Below are positions 45,721-59,059 of a stretch of 64,000 nucleotides of DNA, one piece after another; position 1 is the stretch's first letter; each line of letters opens with the position of its first letter. Under the pieces are notes generated by a model. It did not search any database. It was not told the DNA's origin and saw nothing but the letters and a program-made list of their open reading frames with translations. A program made the position numbers and the translations under genes. Source of the DNA: Ostrea edulis (lineage: Eukaryota); assembly GCF_947568905.1 (NCBI RefSeq), contig NC_079170.1, positions 36,022,001 through 36,086,000 of the forward strand, written 5' to 3'.

Positions 45721-45870
45721 TCATCAAATGTGTCATTTCGCGAAATACTTTTTGTTGGGGAATTTCATTTTCGCAGCAGTAAACATCTGTAATTGGCATG
45801 TCATCAGACGTACAACAGATTCCAATCGTAAGAGTTCACCATGTAAAACTTATACAGTACCAATTTTGAT

Positions 45871-45914
45871 GCACCAGATGCGCATTTCGACAAATAATGT
45901 CTCTTCAGTGATGC
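45871..45914 (-). ncRNA. Type I hammerhead ribozyme, minimal stem III variant (second copy)
   Basis: Same 44-nt sequence as 29462-29505. Confidence 0.85.
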
Positions 45915-47600
45915 TCAACCAAAATGTTTGAAATCCGAAATAACTATGAAGTTTTAGAGCTAAATTTCTGGTTTTGATCAACTCATTTGCCAAGGACATT
46001 TTATGTATAACAACATATTTGAAGCACTCCCTCTAGTTTTACGTTTGCACCTGTTCTTATGATAACACAATGTCCACTTACAGCCCGAGACCATGGTGAA
46101 CAATGCCCTATAATCATTTTGTAACATTTATTTCAGATTTCGTCTTTTACTGACATACAATCGAATAAGTGCAAATAATCTGATGGTTGTAGGTTTTCTA
46201 ATTCCGTATAATATTTTCATAAAACGGAACCAGTGAGATTACTATATATTTTTTTTAATTTAAAAAATCACCTTTGTTCGTTGCAAAATTTCAATAGATG
46301 AAATTAAATGCAGAAATTCTCTGGTAAGAATATTTTTATTTTCAAAATCAGTATTGTGAGCACATGATTTGGTTTTTAATATTTAGTAAATTGATAAATA
46401 TTGGTGTAGTATATTTCACAACATCTGGAATGTCTCACTCTTTTCGAAACTTTTTTCAATGACGATCCGGTTTATGCAAATAATAATGATAATAAACTTT
46501 TTTAAAAATACTCAAACAAGTAAACACAATTGATGGTCGAAACAAAGTTCTTAAAACATTCATTAGAAAGCAACGACGAATGTAATCAAATCCCTGTATC
46601 CATCGATAAATTGAATATAGTGTATTACTGTGCAATACTACCCAACCAGTTTGAAACATTAAAATGTTGTATTGCAGGTAATTTTGATATCAAAACCATT
46701 ATGCTTGCGTTGCAAGACATCTGTAAATAAATAAAACAAATCATTATATTTTCACCAATACTCACCTTTTATTTATTTACGTCCGTCTCTCACGTTAAAT
46801 GTTTTGAATGAATTGATGGGAATCATCGGCAACGGATTTCTTGTCGACTTTTATACATGTACACATATTCCAGTCAGACTGTGGGTGTATACATTAGGGA
46901 AAACAGCAGAGCATTGATAAGTCTAAACTAATGGAGCAGATAGGCTTACATCTAAGGTGCACTCCATAGCATTATATTACACGGCACGTACGAGAGTCTG
47001 ACGAGGGTCGAACCGCGACTGGGATCTAATCCTAAGTGTAATTAATTTGTAGTCATTTTCATTATTAGTCAATGCTTTCAAGTAAATGATTTATATGATA
47101 CACTGGACATTCTGTTAACGACTGATGAACATTAGGTCCAGTTTCTAACAGAAATATTAACTTATTTTTTGCATCATTATAAACATTCAATAATGCTTGT
47201 AATTATTCCAATTATCTATTTAATATAAACAAATAATGTTATCTTTATTCTTCTAATTGACATAATTCTATGTTTCAATGGATTATACCTGAGACATTAT
47301 ATGCTGTGTGAGCTGTGTGTATTTCATTATGATTATTATTTTAATACGCCCTGAAAGTGACGTTTATTCTTATCTAGCATATTTATGGTATCTTGTGTTT
47401 TCATGTTTTATATGTACAATGAGGACAGGTACAGCTTTTAATGTTTTATTTATTTTCTATGTATTATGTGTATAACATTCTGTTGTAAGGTATATATGCA
47501 TTGTAAAGCACCTTTGAGCGTACATAGTGTATGAAAAGGGTGCTATATAAATATGGTATCATTATTTATTATTATTATTATAAAGGGATCAATAGAACTG

Positions 47601-50600
47601 ACTCAATAGTCAGTTTTTAAATCGGGATAAGCTGCTGACAAACAGGTTGATGGTACAGGGATTTCAACAGTCTCGATTAAAGTCAGCATTTCGCAAATTC
47701 TATGGTCGTTATAACGATCTAGTTCGTCAATACAACCTCGCATTGGGTCAAATGCTGTCTGACGTGTTTCATACTGATTGTTAAGCCGTTCTTGGGACAC
47801 TGATTTTGACTGCAGATAACTCCGTTTACCTGATCAGGATATGGGGCTCACGGCGGGTGTGACCGGTCAACAGGGGATGCTTACTCCTCCTAGGCATCTG
47901 ATCCCACCTCTGGTGTGTCCAGGGGTCCGTGTTTGCCCAACTATCTATTTTGTATTGCTTGTAGGAGTTATGAGATTGATCACTGTTCGTTATCTTCACC
48001 TTGCATTAGAACTATCTTAATGACTTTTTTGAAGCTATGCTTTCAACATTGTTAAATGTAATATATGAATCGTCACAGTCATCTGCACATATATTACATT
48101 GATATGCATCATTTAACCAAATTGGATAGGATGTTTTGGTATAACACTACCTGAGAGGGTGCATGTACGAATAGGTATAGACGGGAGCTTTAAGTGGGAA
48201 GGGATTTTGATCATGATGTAGTCTATGAAAGGTGAAGATAAAGACTTTTTCACTCTTTCATGATTTTTTGCAGTAATACTATATATAGAAATGTACAAGA
48301 TTCCCCTGATTTTTCTATGAACATTCCCTATTTATCCTGATAATTGATTATAATTTTCATTCATATGTCGATTTGATATACCCCTGTGAACTCGAAATAA
48401 AAGACACAACAGAGTCGTCCATTTCCGCTTCATACTTAGATATTTTATTGAAAATATATTTTAACGGCAAACTAACAACTCAAATCTGATAAAAGCGATG
48501 ATTTCAGCTCTTTCTATTGTCAACTTCCTATATTTATGTATCAATATTCCATTATTACCAGCATATGCTATTTATAAATCTCAATTGATTCAATACACAA
48601 GATTTTGTTCTGCGTATTATCAGTTTTTAAATCGAGGCAGACTATTACCAGGTTGATGGTGCAGGGGTTTCAACAGTCTTGTCGAAAGTTAACATTTCGC
48701 CAATTCTATGGTCGTTATAACGATCTACTTTGCCAATACAATCTACCATTGGGTTTAATGCTATTTGTCGTGTTTCATACCCATTGTTAGGTCGTTCATG
48801 GCACACTGAATTTGACTACGGATGACTTCGTTTACATGATCAATATATATTGCTCACGGTGGGTGTGACCGGTCGACAGGGGATGCTAACTCCTCCTAGG
48901 CACCTGATCTACCTCTGATATATCCATGGGTCTGTGTTTGCCCAACTCATAATTTTGTATTCCTTCTAAGATATGATATTGATTACTGTTCGTCATATTA
49001 ACTTTTTCATGCATGATAAGGAATAAAGAATAGCGATTTATTTTATTAGATAAGTCATAATAATGTTAACATTTTGTACTATTTACCATCTAACGATAAA
49101 TCAAAGACTACGCGGTTTTAACATCAAAGAAAACTGCTTATTTGATAAAAAGGAAATATTCATATCTTGCGATCCGTCATCCAAAATATAACTTAGGTAA
49201 ACACTAATCTGATTCTTCGCACAAATACTCTACAGTTGATATTGAAAGATGCTAGAGTTCTTCTTTGACAATATCTTCTTAGTCGTTGGTGATCAGGTCT
49301 TCCAACAGTCTTTTTGAATTTCCATGGGCACGAATTGTGCTCCTTTAATACATGACCTATATTTGTAATTTTTTTTAAAGCAGATTTTTTCTAAAGCTTT
49401 TACATTAAAAGGAACGCTTGTTGTGACCTACAACTCGATATTTAGATATATTGACAGCATTTTATTTGTTAACCATATTCCATTTCATTCATATTTCGAT
49501 TCATTGTATCTCAATGAACTCGAAATAAAAGAGATTACCGTGTACCCCTGATTCCCTTCATATTTGGATATTTTACAGAACAAAGAAGCTGAAGTTAAAC
49601 TTACAACTCAACATTACGACAAACGGAATGATTTCAGCTTTTCGATCGTCAACTTATCATATATATGTAGCAATATTCCATTATCACATGCATTTGGTGT
49701 TATTGTCTCTCAGCTGATTTATACACAAAAACTTGCTCTATGTATGATGAAGTTAACAAATTCCGACAGGGCAATAACAAATACATTGTTGTAGCAAGGG
49801 TCTCTTAAGTGTCGTTGAAATTCAGCATTTCGCAAATTATATGGTCGTTACAATGTTCTCATTTGCAAATATAACCTTTCATTGCGTCGAATATTGTCTG
49901 CATGTTTCATACCAATTGTTAGATCGTTATTTGCACACTGATTTTAACTACGGAGTTTAGTTGATCAAGGTTTAAGAACAAGGCGGGTGCGATCAACAGA
50001 TGATGCTTATTTCTGATAAGCAACTGATCGTACCTCTGGTGTGTCCAGGGTTCCGTGTTTTTCCTGCTCTCTGACATTTATCGAGGTTCGTTACCTTTTT
50101 CATTTGAATGCATCTCAAAGCACTAAAATGAAATATCCAGTTCTTTAAATATTACATATACAATTTGTATACATTTAATTAGGGCTATCTAAAAATATTC
50201 AATTAAAAAAGTCAGGACCACTAAAAAAAATACACACCGTACGTAATGACAGCAGGCAGCCAAACTCTACATATATTTGAAAAAAAGTTAAATGTTTATA
50301 TTTTGTATTCTATAATCATCCAAGTCAATATCCGGGAAGAAGACCATCCTAGCTTGTTATCACAAAATAGCAACGCTTTTATCTGGTCACACACCGTTAT
50401 CATTTTGATCTGCTAATGACTAAACAGAACGGTAAGCGACATTCAAATTACGGGTGTCTGCATTCACAATATGTCGTACTTATTAATTATGAGATTGATC
50501 ACTGTTCGTTATCTTCACCTTGCATGAAAATAACTGATGTGAAAACTTACTAAATATGTCTAAGGACGACAGATCCAATTCGAAATTTTGCACTTCTGCG

Positions 50601-51577
50601 CAGAAAGCCGCGTACATCGCTATTTACAGTTTCCGTACATTGTGACGTCACTGCAATTGTTCCATTACATTATGAACATGCGAAATTTACGGACTGAACT
50701 TGAGACTGTATATTTCTTTCATTATACAAGTCATATTTAATCCATATTTCATATAAATTCTTCAATGAAGTCAATTTATAGAATTTCTGTAACTTTTGTA
50801 TCTATGAATCCGTGACTTAAAAAAAGATATGTCCGTGATTCTTCTGTGTTTTTGTGTAATTTCTGGGATTCCGTAATTGTCCGTGTTTGACAACTTCCCG
50901 AGCATATGCCATGAATCAAACTGTCATAGGTATGCACAACGAAGTAAAAAACAATCTAGATTATTTTGTTATTGATCTTTTACTTCTGAATATAGTTTAT
51001 ATCATGGATATTCTTATTAATAGTAATTTCTGTATTACTCTATAAACAACTAACGATTTACGGCATCCACCAGAAGCGTATTACTCAAAAACCGACAATA
51101 ATGTCTGTTTACAACCAACCGAGGAAAAGAGGGTAGAATTATATTTTGAAATCTTTCGATCATTCATCAAAACGACACGGAAAAATGACTAAAACCCGTA
51201 TCAATCAACAATAACCGAAGAACAGATTCGGGGCCGGGGGATAGTTTCTATCTCGGCTGACAATAAACACGCTATCGCCCCTACCCATTGGATAGATATT
51301 TTATTACTATACCAACGCAGAATAATTCCTCTTTCACAACAAGCAAATCGTTCCGTCATAATGTTGGGAATAGCTGCTATAGTTGTGACGTTGAATACGC
51401 TGCTGGGCTTTGTATTTGACGTCACAATACCGAATTGGGCGGAAAATCGATGCTACCTTTCAATAGTTTGAAGACTATCAACCTAGCGCAGATCCTAACG
51501 TCCGTGTTTGCCCAACTATCTATTTTGTATTGCTTGTAGGAGTTATGAGATCACTGTTCGTTATCTTCACCTTGCAT
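47601..51577 (+). mobile_element. Five co-oriented Penelope-like copies: 47601-48006 (young), 48370-49010, 49075-50105 (longest RT remnant), 50400-50525, 51500-51577
   Basis: RT remnants MLEFFFDNIFLVVGDQVFQQS..ISMGTNCAPL, FRYIDSIL and YDKRNDFSFSIVNL; most copies end at gttcgttatcttcacc. The first copy is flanked by TAGAACT on both sides. Confidence 0.85.
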
Positions 51578-52745
51578 AGAACCGATCACACGGCAGAGGC
51601 ACTTGTATTTTCGCGAAAATAATTGGCTTATCGTCATCTTTTGATATCGAGAAAAATAGACTGAGGTAGGCTAATGCTTTATTTATATTGTCTTAGATTG
51701 CAATTGTCAATCCACCGTTACCACGCATTACATACACATGAATATATGCATTTACATTCAATACAAGTACAAGAAGTGTCAGAATTCCTTCATTAAAGTA
51801 AATTTATGGTACTTTTAAGCTTAACTCATAAAACTGTTTTAGGAAATAAAGGTCCATTTTGTTTCTGAGAGTGTTCATTAGAAAAATCTTTTAAATGATG
51901 ATGGCACTTGAAATATATGTTAGATCCTATCTTGAAACTGTCCGATAAGTCATGTACTTGGGCTCTTATCAATATAAAATATGTATGCTTTAATTGAAAC
52001 ATTTAATTTTAAAAAAAAATTATTTAGAAAGGTTAAAGATTATGAAAATGAAAACTATATGTGCACATTACATATATATAAATCCGTTGTCTTAAGCTGC
52101 ACACTGAGCTCTAGGCCTCTATCGGATTTATTGAATTGGGGACAGTTCATACATTACACATTTTGACAGCACCCCTGGAATATTATGCAATGACTCAGTA
52201 TTTACATACATGTATAATTGGTGAACTTTTTCCTAAACCATATAATTATTTAGTATAAAGGAAAAGTATGAAACTACAAGTAGAAACCCTATCCATTTTC
52301 TTATTTAATGACATTTTCCTTGAAAACTGGCCAAAAATCGTCCTTTGTGATGCTCGCCATAAATAAATTGCCAATGACCATACTTTTTTTTCTTACAATT
52401 CGTAAGATTATTGTCTTTTTAAAATAATTCTTTAAATTGGATTAAAACTCTTTTGTAGATTTTTTTTTTTAAATTTTTTACTTTTATATTGCACAGTGGA
52501 AATTTATTTCCCTATATTTCCTTTGAAATTACGACCACTTCATAGCCAACTTTTGAAACGCCCCCTGCTGAAAATCAAATACGATTTTCATTTGTTTTTT
52601 CCCCATTGATTTTAACTCATTAATGCATGGTTTACCTTATATCAAGATTTGAATAAAATTTCTATTGTAGAAACGAATTAGGTCCGTCACTCTTAATTTC
52701 AATCAATAGTATAAACCAGAATCCACATTTTCATTTTCGGAACTA

Positions 52746-52868
52746 CTCTACAATGCTTCTCAGTTACACACTCTACAATGCTTCTCAGTTACACACTCTA
52801 CAATGCTTCTCAGTTACACACTCTACAATGCTTCTCAGTTACACACTCTACAATGCTTCTCAGTTACA
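52746..52868. repeat. 25-nt unit x5
   Basis: ctctacaatgcttctcagttacaca. Confidence 0.92.
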
Positions 52869-53689
52869 TACTTTTTATTTCATTTGAACAAACCGATATT
52901 AACTCACGATCGAGTAAGTGTGATATGTATAGCAATTCAATAAAAATATTTTCATGTATATGGTGTTCAATCTATTACTGACCTGTAGATTAAAGCGATT
53001 AAAGAGTGATATTTATAGCAACTCAATAAAATTGTATTCACGTATAGGGTGCAATCTTCAATCTATTAATAACCTGTAGATTAAAGTATATGCCACAAAT
53101 CTCTTTACAATATAACAATACACGCATTGCAAACACTAGTGCAAAAATGGCAATGTTTGGATCAGCTCGTGCTGTTGAGCAGACGTATCATCACATAGAT
53201 AGGTAATCACATAAACATAAGATGGTGACAGGACACAATTAATCAGACAGTGTGGTTTATGTTTTCTTCACAATTTACACCTCGCTAAAATTGTTCGAGA
53301 TTGACCTTCCAAAAAATGTTGTCCGGATACTCCGGATTAGTGATGAATTTTTCCATGCATTGTAACGTTTTGTATTAAACGTGATCGCCCCGATCCTGGA
53401 CGCAAATTACCGGTGTAACAACGATATTTAAAGTGTAGTAAATATTTAAGTACAGTGTATTTCAGTCCGTGAACGTGATGGGACTTTTAAACAATACAGA
53501 AAGACGTAATAGTATTCATGAACACTGTTCATAGAATAACAAATATACACGATTTATATAGTTTTACTTCAATCATCTTATTTACTGAAGAAGTAAAAAC
53601 CACAACTTGAAGATCACCCAAGTCCGAAAAATAAAATTTTACTTCGAAAGTTTTATCAGTTGAAATATATTAAATATCCAAAATACAGA

Positions 53690-54700
53690 TTTAGACACAC
53701 ACACACTCCTGGATGTATATGAGGTGGGATCAGGTGTCTAGGAGGAGTAAGAATCCCATGACGATCAGTCACACTTTCCGTGACTCCTATATCTTGATCA
53801 GGTAAACAGAATTATTCGTAGTCAATTCAGTGTGCAAAGAACGGCCTAGCAATTGACATGAAACACGTCAAACAGCATTCGATCCAATGATAGGGTGTTT
53901 TGGTAAACTGGACTATGAGTATAACGACCACAGAATTTGCGAAATGCTGATAAAAAAGTTTTGATTACTTTAATAAATAAACATTTCTACCATGAATAAG
54001 TATAGTTCTTTGGTAATCTATAAATTTCAGCAAGCGCTTGAAAAGAGAATTCTAACTAATTTGATTTGCTGTAGTAATAAAGTTGAAAGTGTAACATTCA
54101 TCCTGATACGACTTAATTCACGATTGTAAAACACTTGACAGCATTTTCGTTAAACACCTATACACGCACACATGCTGAAGTTAGTCAAGGAAAAGTTTTC
54201 ATGATTCAATTTTATAATATGGTCAATAGAAATAACGGCTAGTTTTCATTATTTAATTCTGTAATAATGGTTAAATAATTCTGGATCTAATTCCACTACA
54301 ATGTAAGGTCATGATTGTTTTTCGTTTACAATTTGGCATGACATCGATGTGGTCCAGTGATTCCTTTTACCTTACACAATAAGTTATTAATGATACATAA
54401 TGAAAAGAATCGACACTTTTTTTCAAACTTCAATGAATTTGGAAAATTTAGCTTTTTTTTAAAATTAATAAACCTTCATGTACATTAAAACATATGAATA
54501 TAACGAACCATGATCAATCTCATAACTCACATAAGTAATACAAAATTTAGAGTTGGGCAAACACGGACAACTGGATAAACCAGAGAATGGGACCATGTGC
54601 CTAGGAGGAGTAAGCATTTCCTGTTGACCGATCAGAGCCGCCGCGAGTCCTATATCATGATCAGGTCAACGGAGTAACACAAAGTCAAAATCAATGTGTA
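53690..54700 (-). mobile_element. Two Penelope-like 3' fragments (53690-53950 and 54470-54700)
   Basis: gggatcaggtgtctaggaggagtaag; gggcaaacacggac...ctaggaggagtaagc. Confidence 0.8.
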
Positions 54701-55225
54701 AAAAACTGCAACGATAAGTACAATATTGCTAGGGTTCAATAATGGATTTTTCATTCCAAAAATTATGAATACTTATTTCAAAACAATGTCATACCTTAAT
54801 GCACCCCATCAACCTGAATTTGTCAATATGGCCGCCTTGGTCAGTACCGTCTTATGACAATAGATATTCCTTGGTTTATTCTTTTAAAAAAAACCATTAA
54901 GTAAGGGATGCAAAACTCAGATGGCGAAAGGCGAAGATAACGAACAGTGATTTACTATGGTTATGATATATTGCAAAATAGACAATCTTCGTCTTGTATC
55001 TCTTACTTATATTTCTTCGAGCGGAGGTTTTATATATATTGAATATATTGTCTACTTCAGTTTGTTTATGAAATACCGTAATATCGATATCTTTATAAAG
55101 ATTTAACATAGCACCAAATGGTGTACCGTTTGATGTTTTGCGAGACTGGCGGGGTGATATTTTACAGCATTGAATGACTTTATATACTCTTTTCCATTGT
55201 TAGCAATGAATTATGGCTCGCATAC

Positions 55226-55530
55226 ATCAATAAGACCGATCGTTGTAGCTCAGGGGTTCCAGTGTTCCCTTGAAGATCGAAAAGTCGCGAGTTGAAACCC
55301 GATCTGTGTCACGGTCAGGTCAAATCTAAAACGTTTTATATTGTAGGTAATGATAGCTCATTCTCACAATTTTCTGCATAAATCGCAGATATTTTAAATA
55401 AGAGCTTGCATAATCAACGTCTCGTGTCTCTGCAGACGTTGGCACGTTCAAAACACTTCACGGTCAAGGCGCCGCGTGCTAAGCATTAGTCTAGAATGTG
55501 TAGGACTTCACATGCTTCTGGCCACGTCTC
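55226..55530 (+). mobile_element. Decayed tRNA-head SINE
   Basis: A box tagctcagggg, B box gagttgaaacc, body gtcaggtcaaatctaaaacg...gttggcacgttcaaaacac. Confidence 0.6.
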
Positions 55531-55889
55531 AAATCTGAAAAGAACATGAAACAAAGAAACAAAAGTCGATCAAAACTAACATCAAGACTGCATGCTCCGA
55601 TTTAATCAGGGCATGGAAATCGAACTTCCTAAAGCCTCTGGAAGAAATGGTTATGGGTCAATTTTGGAAAACGAAATGCGTGATACCCAGGTCTATGTAA
55701 TGTCATGTATCATGGATTCATATATTACTTACAATCGATTATGTATATCTTACTCATTTAGCAATATATATATACCTACAGGCATTTTAGTTCTTCGTGT
55801 AATTCTAATTACAGTTTCGATTATTGCGAAATTTGATTACTGGTGAAATGACCCGGAAGAAGGTTTTATTTTTACATAACGCACATGTG

Positions 55890-56765
55890 TATGAAAGGCG
55901 AAGATAACGAATAGTCTTCAATCTCCTATCAACAATTTTAAATTGATAGTTGGGCAAACACGGATCCCCGGATATAGCAGAGATGGGATCTGATGCCTAG
56001 GAGGAGTAAGCTTCCCCTGTCGACCGGTCACACTCGGCGATTTAAAAACTTCTCATACGCAGGCAAGTTCTTGCATATCGAATCAGTCGAAAGATATAAA
56101 CACCATATGCAGGTGATAATGGACTATTGCTACATAAATATGGGAAGTTGACGACTGAGAAGTTGAAATCATTCCGTTTGTCATAAAGTTTTTAGTTTGC
56201 TGTTGATATCTAGTATTATCTACTTTCAATAAAATATCTAAGTATGAAACAGAAGTGGACTACTCTGTGGTGTCTTTTATTTCGAGTTCACGGGGATATA
56301 TTGAATCGACATATGAATGAAAATTATTATTGTTAAAAGATGATACATCGTCAATATATCTAAATGTCGAATTAAAGACAACAAGAGATTTTTTCTTCTC
56401 ACGTAGAAGTTTTTTTTGTGTGTGTTTTTTTTTAGTAAATTCTGCTTCCTAGGAGTATAAAAACAGGTCAGCAAACAAAGAAGAACAATTCATGCCCATG
56501 GGAATTCCGACAAACTGTTGGATGACCTGACCCCCAAAGACTACGACGATATTGTCAATTAGGATCTCCAACATATTTTTTTTAATTTCAGGTTTATCTT
56601 ATTCATTATAGTGTTTATGTCTTACAACTGATTCGATACGCAAGAGTTTGTTCTGCGTATCGTCAGTTTTTAAATCAAGGTAGGCTACTGACAAACAAGT
56701 TGATGGTGCAGGGATTTCAACAGTCTCGTTTAAAGTCAGCATTTTGCAAATGATATGGTCGATTT
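55890..56765. mobile_element. Head-to-head Penelope-like fragments: 55890-56575(-) with RT motif, 56600-56765(+)
   Basis: Minus strand MLEILIDNIVVVFGGQVIQQFVGIPMGMNCSSLFADLFLYS*; plus strand QLIRYARVCSAYRQFLNQGRLLTNKLMVQGFQQSRLKSAF. Confidence 0.85.
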
Positions 56766-56871
56766 CATAGAAAAAGTTGGTCCTGGTGAGATCAAAGTTC
56801 TTTTTTCACCTCATTATAAATGAAAAACAGCAACAAATTATCGAACGATAAATTCAACCAATATTGCTATA

Positions 56872-57106
56872 CCGTAAAGCGTGTTATTTTCCGCGGGTAT
56901 AAATTTTGGCGATTTGCTAGCTCATGGTATGCTAATAAGTTCAATGGAATACATATTGACTGACAAGGAAGATTTATCTCGCTTGCAAACACTGAAGTCA
57001 CATTTGGGTGCATATTTGGCGAGTGAAATTTTGGCGGGAGCTATCTAACCGCTAAAATAAGCCAAATATATTACTCCGCGGAAGAAAAAAACCCACCACT
57101 ATACGG
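56872..57106. mobile_element. TA-flanked MITE (Tc1/mariner-like target)
   Basis: TA/CCGTAAAG...TATACGG/TA, with imperfect subterminal inverted repeats around ccgcgg. Confidence 0.7.
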
Positions 57107-57363
57107 TATCTAATTGCTGCGATGTGGCATCATATGGTTGAAATGTTTCAGAGACACGACAAAGGTCTTTAGTGGGAAATTAACCAATGTAGGTGCATTA
57201 TCTGCTAGGTGCAGAATATCAATTTGAATGCCACTGGTTAAAATGAATTTTATAAACGACCGTGTATAAATTACAAAACACTTCTGATTTTGTGATTAGT
57301 TTTGTTTCTGCAAATTAGCATCTTAATATAATTATCTGTAAAAAGTAAAATTAGCATTCCAGT

Positions 57364-57625
57364 ACCTGTCGCGGTGGTCTAATGGTTAGGAAGCTAACCA
57401 GGCAACCAGGGGGTCTGGGCTGAATTGTTCATCTCAGCGCCGCGTCACAAGTAAGATGTTTAACGTAGTGAATATTCCGTTTCCGATTGTATCAGTATCA
57501 ACATTTCAAGTGAATCGTACAAATCTTTCGGATATGATCTTAAATTCCGAGTAGCGATAGGTTTTACTACTGCGACTGAAAGCAAAATTTGTGACGCTTC
57601 ACCTGAAGATGGCGACATCTCCACT
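57364..57625 (+). mobile_element. Decayed tRNA-head SINE
   Basis: A box tggtctaatgg; body tctttcggatatgatcttaaattccgag. Confidence 0.55.
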
Positions 57626-57720
57626 TGAATATGATGTAAAGAACATGCAAACAAGTTCAAAAAATACTTTTGATATGAAAACTTAAAATAACTGGAATGT
57701 ATTTCAAACATTTCGTTTGA

Positions 57721-57758
57721 GCATCACTGAAGAGACATTATTTGTCGAAATCTGGTGC
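57721..57758 (+). ncRNA. Hammerhead copy lacking the stem III palindrome (probably inactive)
   Basis: GCATCA CTGAAGA GAC attattt GTC GAAA TC TGGTGC; TGCGCA is deleted. Confidence 0.7.
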
Positions 57759-59059
57759 ATCAAAGTTGGTACCGTAAAAGTTTTACCTTGATATGAAAGC
57801 AACATAAGATGATATGGTACTATCATACTATACAATAAATGTGATCATAACCCATTGAATTGAACGTTGGAGAAAACATACATGGCTATTTGTGACTGTT
57901 ACAACTGACACTGTGCTAAATATCACTTGTAGATATGTAAATCGAAGTGTAAATGTTGAATGACTCTACACACAGCACGAGGTTCGTCAAGCCTATTTTT
58001 TAAATAATTAATTTCCTAACACGGGAACATGAGAGAGGACCATGGACTAAGTGGCAAACGTAGTGGGTGTTGTTTCTTTATTATATCAATTTTTATCAAT
58101 GTCATTTAGTAGGATGCTTCCTATACGATACCACCATAATCAATCTCGACCAACTGTAATTGGTACACGAGTTTGATTTCAATGTCATGTTATCCGGAAT
58201 CATCGTCATTCCTTTTTAGAATGATTTATTGAAGATATTCTTGATTTGGAAGTAGAAGAAACCCGATTAAATAATGTCGAGCCTGCAGTTACATGTATTA
58301 ATTTCTACAAGCTCCAGAATTTTTACCCAAACTCAATCAAGCATCAGGAAACTGAACACTCCGTGGTTGAAAAATATATAACTCTGAAATAAAAATGCTG
58401 AAAACAGCTGATTTTAAAGTAATAACAAATGGGTATTTTTCTCTTCCAAAGCAATTATAACTTAATTCTTGTTCGGGCAGATGTCGTATGCAAGTGTATG
58501 CCCATCCTTGTAAAATTGCAATCGTTATGATTCATGTATTTTACAGTTTCATGTTACCTTGCGGATTGTAATTTTGTTAAACAATACATTTCGAAGATTT
58601 AACAATTCATTTACAGCAGAATTTATCAATAACGAAATTCTAACTTACAGTAATTAAATCTCATAGAGCATTGTACGTTGTTTGTACACCCCTGAACTGA
58701 AATTACGCTCACGAAAATAAACCTGTTCCTAGTTTTGTCGAAATCGGCTGTTAAGTTCAGCCCCCAGTTATGCAATAGCGAATGTAATTTTGCCGAATCC
58801 TGTCGACTACAAACGTTATAGTCTATGATAAATTATAATTCTCACATGTTTCGTTTCTAGAACGCTTTCTTAATATACGTTCCCATACACCGTTCCAAAT
58901 GCTATCTAGGTCACATCTGTCAATAAACAATATATAGTGCACATGTACACCATACTTAGAATAGAAATAGCTTGTAATGTTGCCGATGCAAATATGCATA
59001 TATGCAAAAATGGAGATATGGATTGAAAGATGGAAGAGAAAACGACTAGACACCTATTA

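Noticed and set aside
46997-47022. CTGACGA...GAA as a functional hammerhead
   Set aside because: Lacks A15.1 and the UH cleavage site; stem II is only 1 bp.
47103-47152. Pseudoknot-like pairings (ctggac/gtccag, tctgtta/taacaga) around CTGATGA as a ribozyme
   Set aside because: Does not fit the hammerhead or HDV core layout; single copy; short helices are expected by chance.
47820-48006. SECIS element in the Penelope-like 3' UTR (some Naiads are reported to encode selenoproteins)
   Set aside because: An ATGA is present, but I see no apical AA loop or paired GA quartet at SECIS spacing, and no conserved in-frame TGA in the RT remnants. SECISearch on a consensus would be decisive.
51201-51480. 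Moderately GC-rich open frames on both strands
   Set aside because: No start or splice support and no recognisable motif; probably a repeat interior.
55226-57440. tRNA genes at A/B-box-like motifs (also 16889 and 32890)
   Set aside because: No cloverleaf can be folded; these are decayed SINE heads.
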